Assembly: GCA_003693705.1 (NCBI GenBank) | Contig: RBZT01000673.1 | Span: 126,876 to 190,875, forward strand | Source: Polymyxa betae A26-41 | Lineage: Eukaryota > Protista > Endomyxa: Phytomyxea | Length of the DNA stretch: 64,000 nt | Reading direction: 5' to 3' | In this document: piece by piece, positions 42,533 through 56,700 of the stretch | Layout: each line of letters starts with the position of its first letter | How positions within the stretch are numbered: the first letter of the stretch is position 1 | Translations under genes and position numbers: made by a program | The notes under the pieces: model-generated | The model's database searches: none | Told to the model about the DNA's origin: nothing | What the model saw: the letters and a program-made list of their open reading frames with translations, nothing else

Positions 42533-42933
42533 ATCCCATTTCATTCAGAGCGCATCGACTGCAGTTTGTTAGGTCTGGGTATCTGACAAGTAGGCTAAAC
42601 ACACCCATTCTTGATATTTAAGAACCTCGCCAGACCAGTGTGATGTGTCATAAAGCCAGGGATGGTTTTATACTCATATAGAGAATTAGAACTGGAAACC
42701 CTTTACTTCCATTCCTGTCTAATTGTCTAATTGACATTGAAAGCCGCCTCACCCTTGCAGCTGATTCAATGCAACATTTGTGTGTTGTCGCATCAGCTCA
42801 AGTTAGCGACAACTGTTTTCTGCAGCATTTGAATGAAGCCAATACATTCTCAATAACGGTTTGATGACAGCTGGATGATTGGCACGCGGTCACGAGTTTC
42901 TATAAATATCGGGACGACGACTCCTGACTGATC

Positions 42934-45384
42934 ATGTTCTATCCAAGGCTCTTGTTGTTATGTTCTGTATTCATCATAATCTTGGTATCATGGTCGCAAG
43001 CATTGTCGTGTCGTACCTGCTCGCAGCAGGCGACCGGACCCCAAACTGATGCCTTGATTGTTGCTCATTTCACAGATTGGAAGCATTATCTAATGGTGCC
43101 TCTTGGCGGATTGATATCGATTATCAATGGATCTCTTTATACACATCTGGTTATGGGTGTGTCTTCTGTATCAAATGGTCTCTGCATAATTGCTGATGGC
43201 TGGGCTTCCCTACAACTATCATTTACAAGCACATCATTGGGATCTGATGTCAATGACCCATACAAAGGGAACCTGAACCAAGCTCGACGTTTGAAACTCG
43301 CCTATCCACACTTGAAAACAATCCTGGAGGTGACCTCGTCTGGAGGTTTCAGTACAGCAGCTGCTGATTCGGCAAATCGAGCGAAGCTGGCCACATCGTG
43401 TGTTAGTTTGATGCAGCAATACAATCTTGATGGTATTCAGATCAATTGGGGTATGTAACTACCATTAACATCTTTGTTATGCTCTTAATAGTATATTATA
43501 GCCAATCCTGGAACATCAGATTATAACAATTTTGCACTGTTGGTTGCATCATTTCGATCTGCGATTCAGACCTCAACGTATCCAAATGCGACATTATCAA
43601 TATCAGCAAACTTCGATCCTGCAAGATGGAAGTCTGAGTACAATATCGCGGCCATGGCTCCGTATTTGGACTGGATAAATGTCAGATCGTTTTGGTATTG
43701 GGGTGGATCTAATTCTATAGTTGGTCATACAGCCAATCTATTCCCAGCTGGTCCATCATCACCACATTCTCGTTCTGTTGCTCAGGATCTGCAATCTGTC
43801 CTCGACCTACCAATGTCTTCGTGTAAATTACTTATGGGAATTCCGTCATTCGGATCAGTATGGAAGCTTCCATCGGCGCCGGCGTCTCTGACATTGCCCA
43901 GCTTTTATGCTGTTGGCGCAAGCACTGGCTTAGAAGGCGGTGCTGAATTCTCAAGTTATCTAGACTTTGATGTTCAAAGGTTATTATCGAATGGGACATG
44001 GACGACCATTTGGGATTCAACAGCTCAAGCTTCTGTTTATTACAACCCATCATTACTCAATTTCATCACATACGATTCTGCAGAGTCACTGAATGCAAAG
44101 ATGCAATGGGTACTGGACAATAACCTGGCAGGAGTTTCAATTGAAGACGTAACTGGTGATCTCAGATATAACAGGATCTCATCAACAGCTGTTAAGAAGT
44201 TCGAGTCATCTCGACCCTATCCCAAATCAAGAAGCTCAACGAAGAAGTTTCTAATCACCAGCTCACAACAGCTATTTAGTGTATCCAAACAGGGCCCTAT
44301 CTCGACATCATCCAGATCACAAAGCCAAACATCAACAACAAATTCACCGTCTTCAACGATTTCGTCCATTCAGAAGACGGCAAAAACGTCGTCATCATCC
44401 CAGAGCAGTTCAATGAACATATTGTCGAGCCATTCAAGTTCAGCCAGTTCTGGATCGTCTAAATCAATGCCAAGTCCTGTTGTAGCAACACCCTCTATCG
44501 TGGGATTTTCTGCAATCGCCCTCAGGTCTACAAGCACGCGATTGGCGCCGGTCTCCCCCTCGCAGAGCTCAGGCAGCAGATCACGTTCCAGATTTCCTAC
44601 GATGTAAGTGTATTGGTTACGAGGTCGTGTAGAATATCAATCTCTCAACAGAACTGATACCTCTATTGGCACCTCATTCAACGCTTGGATGGTCTCCTTG
44701 GCCATTCTTTGTGATACTCGACAGTACACCGATGATAGACGTCAATTGGAAGATGCCTATTTACGTAGTGCCCTTTCGAAGTCGCTGAATGTCGACCAGA
44801 CTCAATTCGTAAATGCACAGCTTGTTTCAAGTACTCAGGCGACAACGTCAGTCTCGTTTTTGGTGCTGCCGAGATCGTCATTGGGCGTTCCTGAAGGCGA
44901 TGAAATCTCTGCACTGTTCACATCACAGATGCAAGAAACGTCGAGCTTCTTGAGGCAGAATTCTATTCTTGGTTTTGCGTTGTCACCGCCGACTCCAATA
45001 TCAGTATCGCAGGTGTCTGTTCGTCGTTGCGGTCAAGATTCCTACATAATAATTAGATCTAACAGCGACAAATGCCCTACAAACACGCTCGCAACACAAT
45101 CAACAAGTTCAAAAGTCACAATCATTGGTGTCGCTGGTGGAATTGCTTTCTTAGGGGTCTTGGGCGTAGGCCTTTGGCTATATCGAAAACCAAGGTTGAT
45201 GGGCCTCGAACAGCCTGCCAACGTTGTATATTTCAACGGAATGACCCAAGAAGATCCTGATGGCCATCCGTTGTCGCTCAAAGATGGTGCTGTTATTCTG
45301 GGACCTTTCACGACCAGCTCTTATGGTAGTAGTGACCAGGCATTCACGAGCTACAGCATAGTTCAAAGGACGAATACTTTGTAA
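42934..45384 (+). CDS. Type-I membrane protein: signal peptide, non-catalytic GH18 domain, Ser/Thr stalk, SEA-like domain, TM and short tail (about 783 aa)
   Basis: Exons 42934-43450, 43502-44603 and 44652-45384 join in frame; GH18 motifs (KGNLNQ.RRLK..YPHLK, YLDWIN, WDSTAQA, ITYDS.ESL..K); catalytic motif reads DGIQINWA; TM IIGVAGGIAFLGVLGVGLWLY. Confidence 0.88.
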
Positions 45385-46247
45385 ATAATATAATAGATGT
45401 AATATACAGGTATTATTGTAGACGTGGTACGAACTCGTAAAGTTCTAAAGTACTTAAAGGTTCAGCTCCGAGGGTTTCTGATGTTCGGGATCTTGGTCAG
45501 ATTGGATCCCTAACCACCCGGATCGAAACGTTGGATACCTTTCCCGAATATATATGGCCTAAGAACCCGGAATGGCGATGCGCCCATTTGTGCTGCAGGA
45601 ACATAATGGACCGAAATAATCTATATTCGAAGGCATGGGTAATGCCCAAGGTAATTCAGGTCCCATACAATTACAAGTCAGAAGAGCATCGTAGGTCGTC
45701 AGAAAATCGAATTCTCTGGCCGGACAATAATGCCAGCCCAGCCCCGATCGACAAGTCGCCGAATTCAACGCTGATGTCGGTTTTGAACAGGCGGTTCTTT
45801 AGAGCGTTTGTTAAAGCAGCTGGAAAGCGTTAAGCTTGACAAAGTTTCCCCTTTCCTGAGTAATTACATTGAGTAATTGGTGAAAGGAATCAGAAATTGG
45901 CAGCAGCGGTTCATCTAATACATTAAGCTTCGATCCTGATTTGTCTCTCTAAAACCAGGACATAGCGAACACCACGAAATTGATGTTGTCTTTCAAGAGC
46001 AATCCGAATAATTATTTGGATGTAGTCGTTGTTCGCGGAACAACCGAGCCATGATACTTCTGAAGCAGGAACATTCCACATGCTCATTCATTAAGCAATT
46101 CTACGTGGGAGTAATGAAAGCGATGTCGCCTTTCTACGTCGTAAAAGTCGTGGATAACTTCCGATCTCGTTCATGTACTGATCGCCTATATCGATATCTA
46201 AGCGATACCGCTGGTAAATATCTCTCCTCGAATTGCCTCAAACGTCC

Positions 46248-48581
46248 ATGAAAGCCGCTCTTCTATTCCTAACTCTTCTATTCCACCAAGCCCAATCGTT
46301 ATCATGTCGAACTTGTGCCCGGGACACAACTGGACCTAGAACTGATGCGTTGATCATCGGTCAATATATTGATTGGAAATACTATACATTAGAGAGCTAT
46401 GGAGCTGTCATATCTAATATTAATGCGTCTATATATACGCATATAGTGATGACTGTATCATCAGTATCTAATAAGTCATGTATCATATCAGATAGATGGA
46501 TCTCATTACAGAACTCCTTTACTAGTACAACATTAGGCTCAGATACCAATGATCCATATAAAGGTATCCTGAATCAAGTTCGGAAATTGAAGCTGCTCTA
46601 TCCACATCTGAAAGTGGTTCTGGGGATGACTGATGCCCCTCCATCCACCAAGCTATCTGTAGTCGCAGCCGATTCCACTTTCCGAACTCAACTCGCCCAA
46701 TCCTGTGTTAATATGATGCTGCAGTATGGTCTGGATGGCATTCAGATCGATTGGGGTCAGTTTCTATGATCGTTTTGACTGATACCATTATCATCTAAGT
46801 ACTTATTTCATAGCTAAGCCAAATCCAACCGGTTCGACTCTAGCCGATCCTAATAATTATATTCTATTAGCGGCCGCTTTTCGTTCAGCGATAGCCAGCT
46901 CGACCAAACCGACGGCAACACTGTCTATTAGTGCAATATTCGATCCTTGGACAATGAACCAACATTTCAATTTGACAGGAATAGCTCCATATTTAGACTG
47001 GATTAATGTTAGACCATTTTGGTATTGGGGCGGTTCAGATTCTGTCATTGGTCATACTGCTAACTTAGCTTCACCTGGCTCATCATCACCACATTCTCGT
47101 TATGGAGCACAAGATATACAGACCGTTATCAGTAAATCTGTACCATCATGCAAGATAATCATGGCTATACCAGCCTTTGGATTTGCATGGCAGCTGCCAT
47201 CAGCACCATCATCGCTGTCACTTGCGAATTTCTACAAAGTTGGGACATCTACAGCGATATTTGACGGCTCCGAGAATGGACGGTACATTGATGTTGATAT
47301 CCTGCCTCTGACAAAGGCGGGATCAAACGTCACGACTGTTTGGGACTCTACAGCTCAAGCCTCGGTTTATTACCAGGCTTCATCCCGTTTACTGTTTACT
47401 TATGAGTCGACACAATCTGTTAATGCCAAGATGCAATATGTTGTCGATAATAATCTCGCTGGAATCCTTGTCGATGATATGGGATGTGACATGAATTGGA
47501 ATCTGATCGCAACAGCTGCTTTCAATAAGTTTCGGTCACTACGACCTTGCGTAGCAACCAGCAAAAATCTGACTACCAGAAGATCATCTCTGGGTGTGTC
47601 AAGCAATACGAGAATTAATTCGGCGTCGTACCAATGGAGGTATCCGTCAATGGTAATAACAGTCGTTGATTTTTCTCTGCATTGATTGAAGCCTTGTTTG
47701 CAGCCGATCACTAATCCGTCGACCTATGCAAGCTCAGCGTCAGCAGATTCGTATGTATACTGTAATAGCCATGTCTAATTTGGTCTTCTGAGGTTTCATG
47801 TAGATCGGCGAATGGAACACAAATTGACATGCCATTCTGGGCAGCCATGGTATCACTGCCCTTGCAACGAAGTCTGACAAAATATTCATCGGATAGGAAG
47901 CACACTGAGCTTCAATTCTTCATTGCTGATGCATCCAACGCTCTGTCAATCGATTCTAATCAGATTGTTGATTGTGTGTTGATGGCGAATGGACCGTCTG
48001 CAAGCATATTATCATTTACATTGCTGCCTGGCTCACACACAGCTCTGGATACAGCAAATGAATTCTTCAATCAGATGCAAGATTCTAGTAGCAGGCTACG
48101 CCAAGGAGCGTTGCTACAATTTGCCCCAGAGCCTCCCTTTGTCATCTCAATCACCTCTGTTCGAGTACGTCGTTGTTCCGGCAACATGATTATATCAGCG
48201 AGCTCTCAATGTTCCGATTTGAGTTCTGAGAATAACCAATCACACTTCTTTATGATGCAAACCACGTCGATAATCGCATCAGTATGTGGCTTGATGTTAG
48301 TATTAGCTTTGCTGCTGTGGATTTGTGTTTATAAGAAAAAGAGTCATCTACGTAATGTTAAAGGGCAACACCAGCAAGAGACTCCAGTTGGAAAAGAAGT
48401 TGCTGTTGGGCCGACAGCAGTTCCAGAGCCTGTACAAAATCTGGTATCGTTCTTCCATCAAGGACCTCTTGATAGCCCTACACCTATGCTAGATGTAGCT
48501 AGTTATTACTCGTCAGATGACGCATGGCATCAGCAACAACAGCAACAGCAACGACACTATCGACCTGGTCAAACATTATAA
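46248..48581 (+). CDS. Tandem paralog: type-I membrane non-catalytic GH18 protein
   Basis: Same architecture and highly similar GH18 domain; introns about 46756-46813, 47653-47703 and 47751-47803; catalytic motif reads DGIQIDWA; TM IIASVCGLMLVLALLLWICVY; poly-Q in tail. Confidence 0.88.
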
Positions 48582-48611
48582 TACATTATTACAGCCAGCA
48601 AGAACATAATT

Positions 48612-49163
48612 TTATGTAGACAACAAACTGCTACTACAATCACCATATTGGAAGCAGGCCCCTTTGCTACTGCCAGAGTTCTGGTCGGTACCATTAACAG
48701 TGGACCAGATCAGGTCACCGTTACTCGATGTGTTGTAGTATGAGTATTCGTTCAACTGAGCGGAATCGTCCAAACTGACCAGATATGGACCATAGTGTGT
48801 GCTGCCCGAGCTTACGTCGTTAACAGGATTCGACCACAACAGAACTCCAAGTTTTGATCGCATTTGCAGGTTGCCCGCTTGGTTCAGCGTCAATGTTTCG
48901 CCAAGCTGGTCGCCCGTTGGGCAAATCGCCCATAGAACCGTCTCATACATTCCAGTTGGATGCTGTTCGTCGGACGTCCATTGAAGCAATTTGACAGCTC
49001 CATCGCGAAACACGAGTTTGAAATCCTGCTTGGGGCTGTACAGGCAGGCATCGCCATCGTTTGTCAATGTGAATCCAACTGGTATCACACTTGATTGTGT
49101 GGAATCGCCATGGACCATAACACCAAAGGCAAATAGTAGGAGCGTCGTCAATGTTCTTACCAT
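48612..49163 (-). CDS. Secreted bulb-type lectin-like protein (paralog of 20079-20585)
   Basis: Signal peptide; LTLNQAGNLQMR..GVLLWS and LDDSAQLNEY..LIWS repeats; shares LxQW, W(S/A)IC and QNSG....YGDC with the 20 kb paralog. Confidence 0.7.
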   Translation of the reverse strand: MVRTLTTLLLFAFGVMVHGDSTQSSVIPVGFTLTNDGDACLYSPKQDFKLVFRDGAVKLLQWTSDEQHPTGMYETVLWAICPTGDQLGETLTLNQAGNLQMRSKLGVLLWSNPVNDVSSGSTHYGPYLVSLDDSAQLNEYSYYNTSSNGDLIWSTVNGTDQNSGSSKGACFQYGDCSSSLLST

Positions 49164-49336
49164 GGCTGTGAACGTTTCGAGAGAGTTAAACTTATGAAAA
49201 ATGAACTCTTACGAAAAAACCAATTCAAGAAACGAGCGAACGAATGACTCATGGTGACTCACGTCAGACTATAACACTTCAGAAATTTAAAAAACCAGAG
49301 TTGAATTATATCGTGATGAATTATATCGTGAATATA

Positions 49337-51375
<2,039 letters not shown>

Positions 51376-51742
51376 TTGCTGATAGAGCAGGAAATGATCC
51401 AGAACTTTCAGAGTGAAAGTCAGTGACAGAAATCCGAAAAATTCAGGATATTTTGCTACAGCACTGTTCAGCTCAGCCTTTTCCTCCACTTAGCAAAAAG
51501 ATTGTGAGTTGTTCCAGTTATTCACGCAGAGTTTCAAAAAAAATTTTTGCAGAGAAATTCATCTCAGGGATGGCTAATTAGTTTAATGGCATCCACTGCT
51601 GAGCGTAAGGCATTTGCGAATTTATCGGAGCTCTACGACCTTTCAAACATTTAAGATTTGATTACTTATCTCAAAGAATTTGCTGATATTTAAATCAAAT
51701 TAATGATTAATCCCAGTAAAGACTCCTTTAAATGCACAAATA

Positions 51743-52535
51743 TTATTGTTGATGCTGAATATTGAAGGACGGCCAGTCTGCTTTTGGGTATTCCCGCTTG
51801 AGGATTTCTTCAGGCTGTTCGTCGAGCATTCTGAAACAAGAGGTAAGCCGACGATCGCCCAGAGATAGCATGAGTATTACCGCTCATATTCTTGTGTCAT
51901 AAACAAGTTCTTTTTGCAGTCGACTTTATCTATAAACAAGCGACCGTCTAGGTGATCGATCTCGTGTTGAACAGTCCTGGCATTAATCCCATGCAAGACA
52001 GTGCTTTGTGGCTGAGAATCGGCATCGAGATAATCAACCGATAAGGAATGCCATCGAGGAACCAGTCCCGTTAATCCTAAACAGATATAATCCCAGACAG
52101 CTACTGATTTCAAAATACGAGCACACCTGGAATACTGAGACATTGCTCCCAGTCGTTAATGATATCATTACAATGCGATTTGATGACCGGGTTGATCATA
52201 ACTATAGGAGGCAGGAATTCATCGAGCTCTTCTGAATCCGAATTGTCGACGTATGGGCAATACAGGAACATTCGAAAGCTACGCTGAACCTGGGGAGCAG
52301 CAAGCCCGATTCCATTCAAGGTTTCGTCGGATAACATCGACTGCATTTCTTTGATTAAATTTTGAAATTCCGGTTTGGATATCGCACTGCGCTCGACAGC
52401 TAGAGCTTGACGACGAAGAACTACCGACGTGGTCAGCAACGGAAACCGCATTGTAGAGCAACTCTGACCTGGATTGCCTAAATAGCATAGGCGTAGGAAA
52501 GACTTGGCAATCTGGCCGACCATTGGCGGTCCCAT
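51743..52535 (-). CDS. PDF: Peptide deformylase (organellar)
   Basis: GIGLAAPQV, EQCLSIPG and QHEIDHLDG motifs; short introns. Confidence 0.92.
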
Positions 52536-52804
52536 TATGGCAAAAGACAAGTCGGAAACGATCGAGATTGCAGTTGAAAACTGCTTTTCGTCAGAAGTAC
52601 GCAATTGTTGGCAGAGTCATAATCCTGTAATTCAAGGGATCGGGAATTTGTGATTCATGACATGGAAGGGATCACCGCTGCACCAGGAATCGGCGAAATT
52701 GTCCACTAATACTATATGACCAGTTTTTGAATCAGTAATGATCGAAGACGTCAACGGAATGTATGTTTCTTTATTAGAACAGTTTAAATGCAAATACGGA
52801 GCAC

Positions 52805-53562
52805 ATGTGGGCAAGCTTCGCCAGGACCCTCCCACGTGTCATAATAGGATTCTATCTGATCAATTTGTAAAATGCACCACCATCTGCGACGTATTCGTCC
52901 GGCTGCATCTAGTACTCTAGGACCTTGCTCCGTCCTCTTTTTTAATACCATATTGGCTGGAGCAGATTTTGAACTCTATGTTGAGTAGTTGTCTGGAACC
53001 AGAATTCGTCCCATCATGCCACCTGGACGTCAAACCGGACAACAGGCAGAAAGCTGCAGCTGGATTGGGTAGGAGTCGGGCCATGATGTATGTTTGGCAA
53101 CTGCATGCTTCCAACGCTTCGAGCCTATGCGATTGGTCTCTATCTCCATCCCGATGTCAAGAGAAGAAAATCGTTGACGGGGCTGTATTCAAGCAATGAT
53201 ACGAAACGTGTTTGTCAATTCTGCATAGACATGTTAGCGCAGATCATTTCGCTGGAGGTTTCTGATTTATAAGAAAACATTTGAATGTTCCAGATTCTGA
53301 TGAATCAGAATCCGATCTGAAAGAGCTCGTTGCCACCTTCCAACGTCAAGGATTGGTTCAATATTGGGATAAACTCGGTTTCGTTTGGAACACCGATCGA
53401 TCATTACTGGTTTACAAAAACGAAATGATGTTATTCAACTCGAACTCATCAACCGTAAGCCAAGCTGCGCTTCAGAATTACATCGGCTAAGACCCGATGT
53501 CGTCCATTGCCAGAGATAACTTTCGTAGGCTCTTGAACAGTATCGCTTTAGAGCAATCGTAA
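52805..53562 (+). CDS. Possible spliced hypothetical gene
   Basis: Exon-like segment ENILNVPDSDESESDLKELVATFQRQGLVQYWDKLGFVWN flanked by AG/GT sites; 5' structure unresolved. Confidence 0.3.
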
Positions 53563-53755
53563 TGCTTCACAGAAGTATAACAAGGTATCATTATCATCTT
53601 CATTCTCAGATTTTGTCAATCCTTGCACATTGTAAAGAAGTCTACTGGTTATCCTGGATAGAACGATCGATGGTACGTAATTACTGGATAAGGTCGAGTT
53701 TATGGAGAGAGTTACTGAACCATTGCCATGTATTTTAGCCCTATGAGTTACTGAA

Positions 53756-56700
53756 ATGAATTTTAGCCCTATCTTCTACATTGTTGTCGTTCTTTGCATT
53801 GACAAATGTAAAGCTTATTTACCATGCCAGTCATGCACAGTGTCAGGGCCAAAGACGTCTTCGCGTTTAATTGGTTACTACTATAGAACCAAGGTCGATG
53901 CTCTTCCAATTGAGTCGATCGATGCTGGATCGTTGACGCACCTGGTTTGGAATGGATTCACCGTCGCGAATGGCCGTTGCGAGATTTCTAATCTGAATAC
54001 TGATTTACAACAAACGTATGGCTCGAATTCGCTGGGTATTGATGTTGATGCCGCATATCATGGTCAACTATATCAGCTTCGCTTACTAAAGCTCAAATAT
54101 CCTCACTTAAGCTTGCTCGTCACGATCCCTGGAATTTTTCAGACTACCGGTGTTTCCAGTCTAAATACAAGAGCCTCCTTGGTATCCTCATGTGCTGCTT
54201 TGGCTCGGCAGTACCTTTTCGATGGCGTCGAATTCGATTGGGGTAAGCCAGAATTGAGGCCTCGCCATCACTGATTGTATACCCAGTCATCACCACCGAC
54301 GGCGATAAGTTCGAGTTTGCTCAACTGTTGTCGGCCTTCAAGCAAGCAAACGCAAACCTGACTGTCGTCTCTCAGATCAGGGGCCCTTTAGCGACTATGT
54401 ATTCACGTTATGATTTCACTACCATCTCTGCCAGTGTCGACTGGGTCCATTTCTCTGCATTTAATTTATGGGAGTCAAGTCTAAGACCAGGTTAGTGGAG
54501 TCCAGTCGGTGATGTTACCCCGCATTAAATAACCAATTGTAGGTCATCACTCGCCTCTCTACTGGTCTCCTTACTCTCCAGTATACGACTCGGTTGACTC
54601 CTGGGTCCGGTATTTGCTAAAGAATGGAGTTCCACCTTGTAAGATTGTGCTGGGACTATCGTTGTCGGGGCCCGCCTGGTCGTTGACGGATTCGGTTTCA
54701 CCGACCAGCCCAGATGCCATCTTGGCGATATTCAATCAAAGCAGGGCCATGGTTTACAGTGGCAGGTTTGCCGGCGGTTACCGGCTCCGTTTTAGAGACG
54801 TTAGCCATTCCTTCAGCTTGGTTTTTGATGCCGCTTGTCAGACCTCAGGCTACCTGAGTTCTCAAACGTTTGCATCTGTGGAGGGGATTCAAGCCATGCA
54901 AATTAAGGCCAGATATGCATCGCATCAGAATTTGGGCGGCATCTATTTGCATGATCTCAGTGCTGATATCCCTTCAAACGGAATTGTTCAGGCGGTTCGG
55001 TCAGCGCTTGTTCCGCTGACGCCATGCAAGAATTTGATCGCAAACACTCAATCATTGTCAACGCCTACGAATTCAGTTAAAAGCTCTACTGCCACGATTA
55101 ATACCAAAGTTGTCACTTATCTTACTATGAACAATATCGATCATGTTGAGGGAAATCAGTTCACTCATGCTATTTACGACCAGTTGAATTGGACCAGTAT
55201 CTCGATGGATACGCGATCGTCCATGATCGATCTTAACCTTCGCCGCATTGCTACGTTCAGAAAAAAATACCCCCAAGTCTGTTTATTGCTACAAGTTGGC
55301 AACAACATCGAGTTTTCCAAAGTCGTTGGGAATAATGCAACGAGGATGGCTCTTGTATCAGCCATTATCGCCAACGTCAACTATTTTGAATTCAATGGCG
55401 TATCTGTAAACTGGGGTATGAAGTGCAAATGCTGCTTAAGGATTATTAACGGGGTTTGTAGATGATACGTCCGGACAGATTAGCAACAAGTTTCACCTTG
55501 CTACGTTTATGTCTCAGCTGCAGTTGCGGCTGAGCTCAGATTCTGCTTTAACAATGGAACTGAAATTCCGGACAGAATCGTTCGATGTCCGTTATAACTT
55601 GACTCTCGTCGATTCTTTCGTCGATTGGTATCATGTACGACCTTTTGATTTCGGGTTTGTTGGATAGAGATTCTTGTGATCAAGTCTGAATCCGATTTAG
55701 ATTGCAGGTAGCAGTTCCGTTCACATTCTCTTCGTGGTATTTGCCTGACACTGGCGCTAATTTCTTTGACAAAGTTTTGGTGCTATCGGCTTTAAACAGG
55801 ATACTAATTGAACCCATTTTACCATCCAAAATTGTTTTGGTCCTGCCAATGTTCGGGCTTCAGCTAATTTCCACGTACATGGACACATGGATGTATCTCG
55901 CTTGGTATTATCCAGCCATACTACAATCGTCCGTAATTCCTAGTGCAAACGTCATCAAGGCAGCAAATACGGCCGGTTGGGTCCAGTTAGCTGATCCAGT
56001 CCCTAATGTTACTTTGCTTTATCAACAATCTTTGGCACAAATGATTCTCTACGATGGCATTGGAAACATCATCACCAAAGTCGATCAGGCCAAGACTTGG
56101 GGTTTAGCGGGAGTTGGGTTTTATGACGTGTCGACTAATGATGCTCGAGTAGCAACTGCAATAGCAAGGTTACCAAAAAACGACATAACCCCCATATCAT
56201 CATCACCTCGACCTGTTCTGACGTCCGCAACATCTGTTCAACCGAGCTTTTCGTCTCAAGACTCGTTAATGCCCCTTGGCGTCTGTAATCAAATTTCTAT
56301 CAGCAAATTAGTGCAATGGAATATCGCGGATTTTCCGATCATGCTCCAATCAGTTATCCCAGACCCAAGTGTTCTACTTACATCTGGTTGGACTTCACCG
56401 AAACTTGATCTCTCGTCTGCTTCTTTCGTATTAAACTCTCCCGCTGACCTTGATCTGGTTTTATCATCACGATCGCTAAAGGAAAACTATGCTGGTCAAC
56501 GACTATTCTTCTTTCTAAACCTTTCGTGCTCTGATCCTAACCATTCCAGACCTACTAATGTTATCATTCCAACGTCGTTGGCAATTCCGCCTCGCACACC
56601 AACCCCTGAAGGTTTGACAATCACACCAAATACTGGCGAAGCGCTTCTCACTGTTTTCAATCTTGAAGTAAGTGGCGATTATCATCAATCGGCATGCGCG

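Noticed and set aside
45420-45900. ORF 45531-45833 or a possible MITE between the GH18 paralogs
   Set aside because: No recognisable domain, terminal inverted repeats or target-site duplication found by eye
42934-48581. Calling the GH18 genes active secreted chitinases
   Set aside because: After splicing the catalytic Glu is Ala, and both proteins have C-terminal TM anchors
45364-48581. C-terminal -NTL and -QTL as class I PDZ ligands
   Set aside because: Class I needs S/T at position -2; here Thr is at -1
49302-49331. 15-bp tandem duplication tgaattatatcgtga
   Set aside because: Two copies in a 3' UTR/intergenic gap; likely neutral slippage
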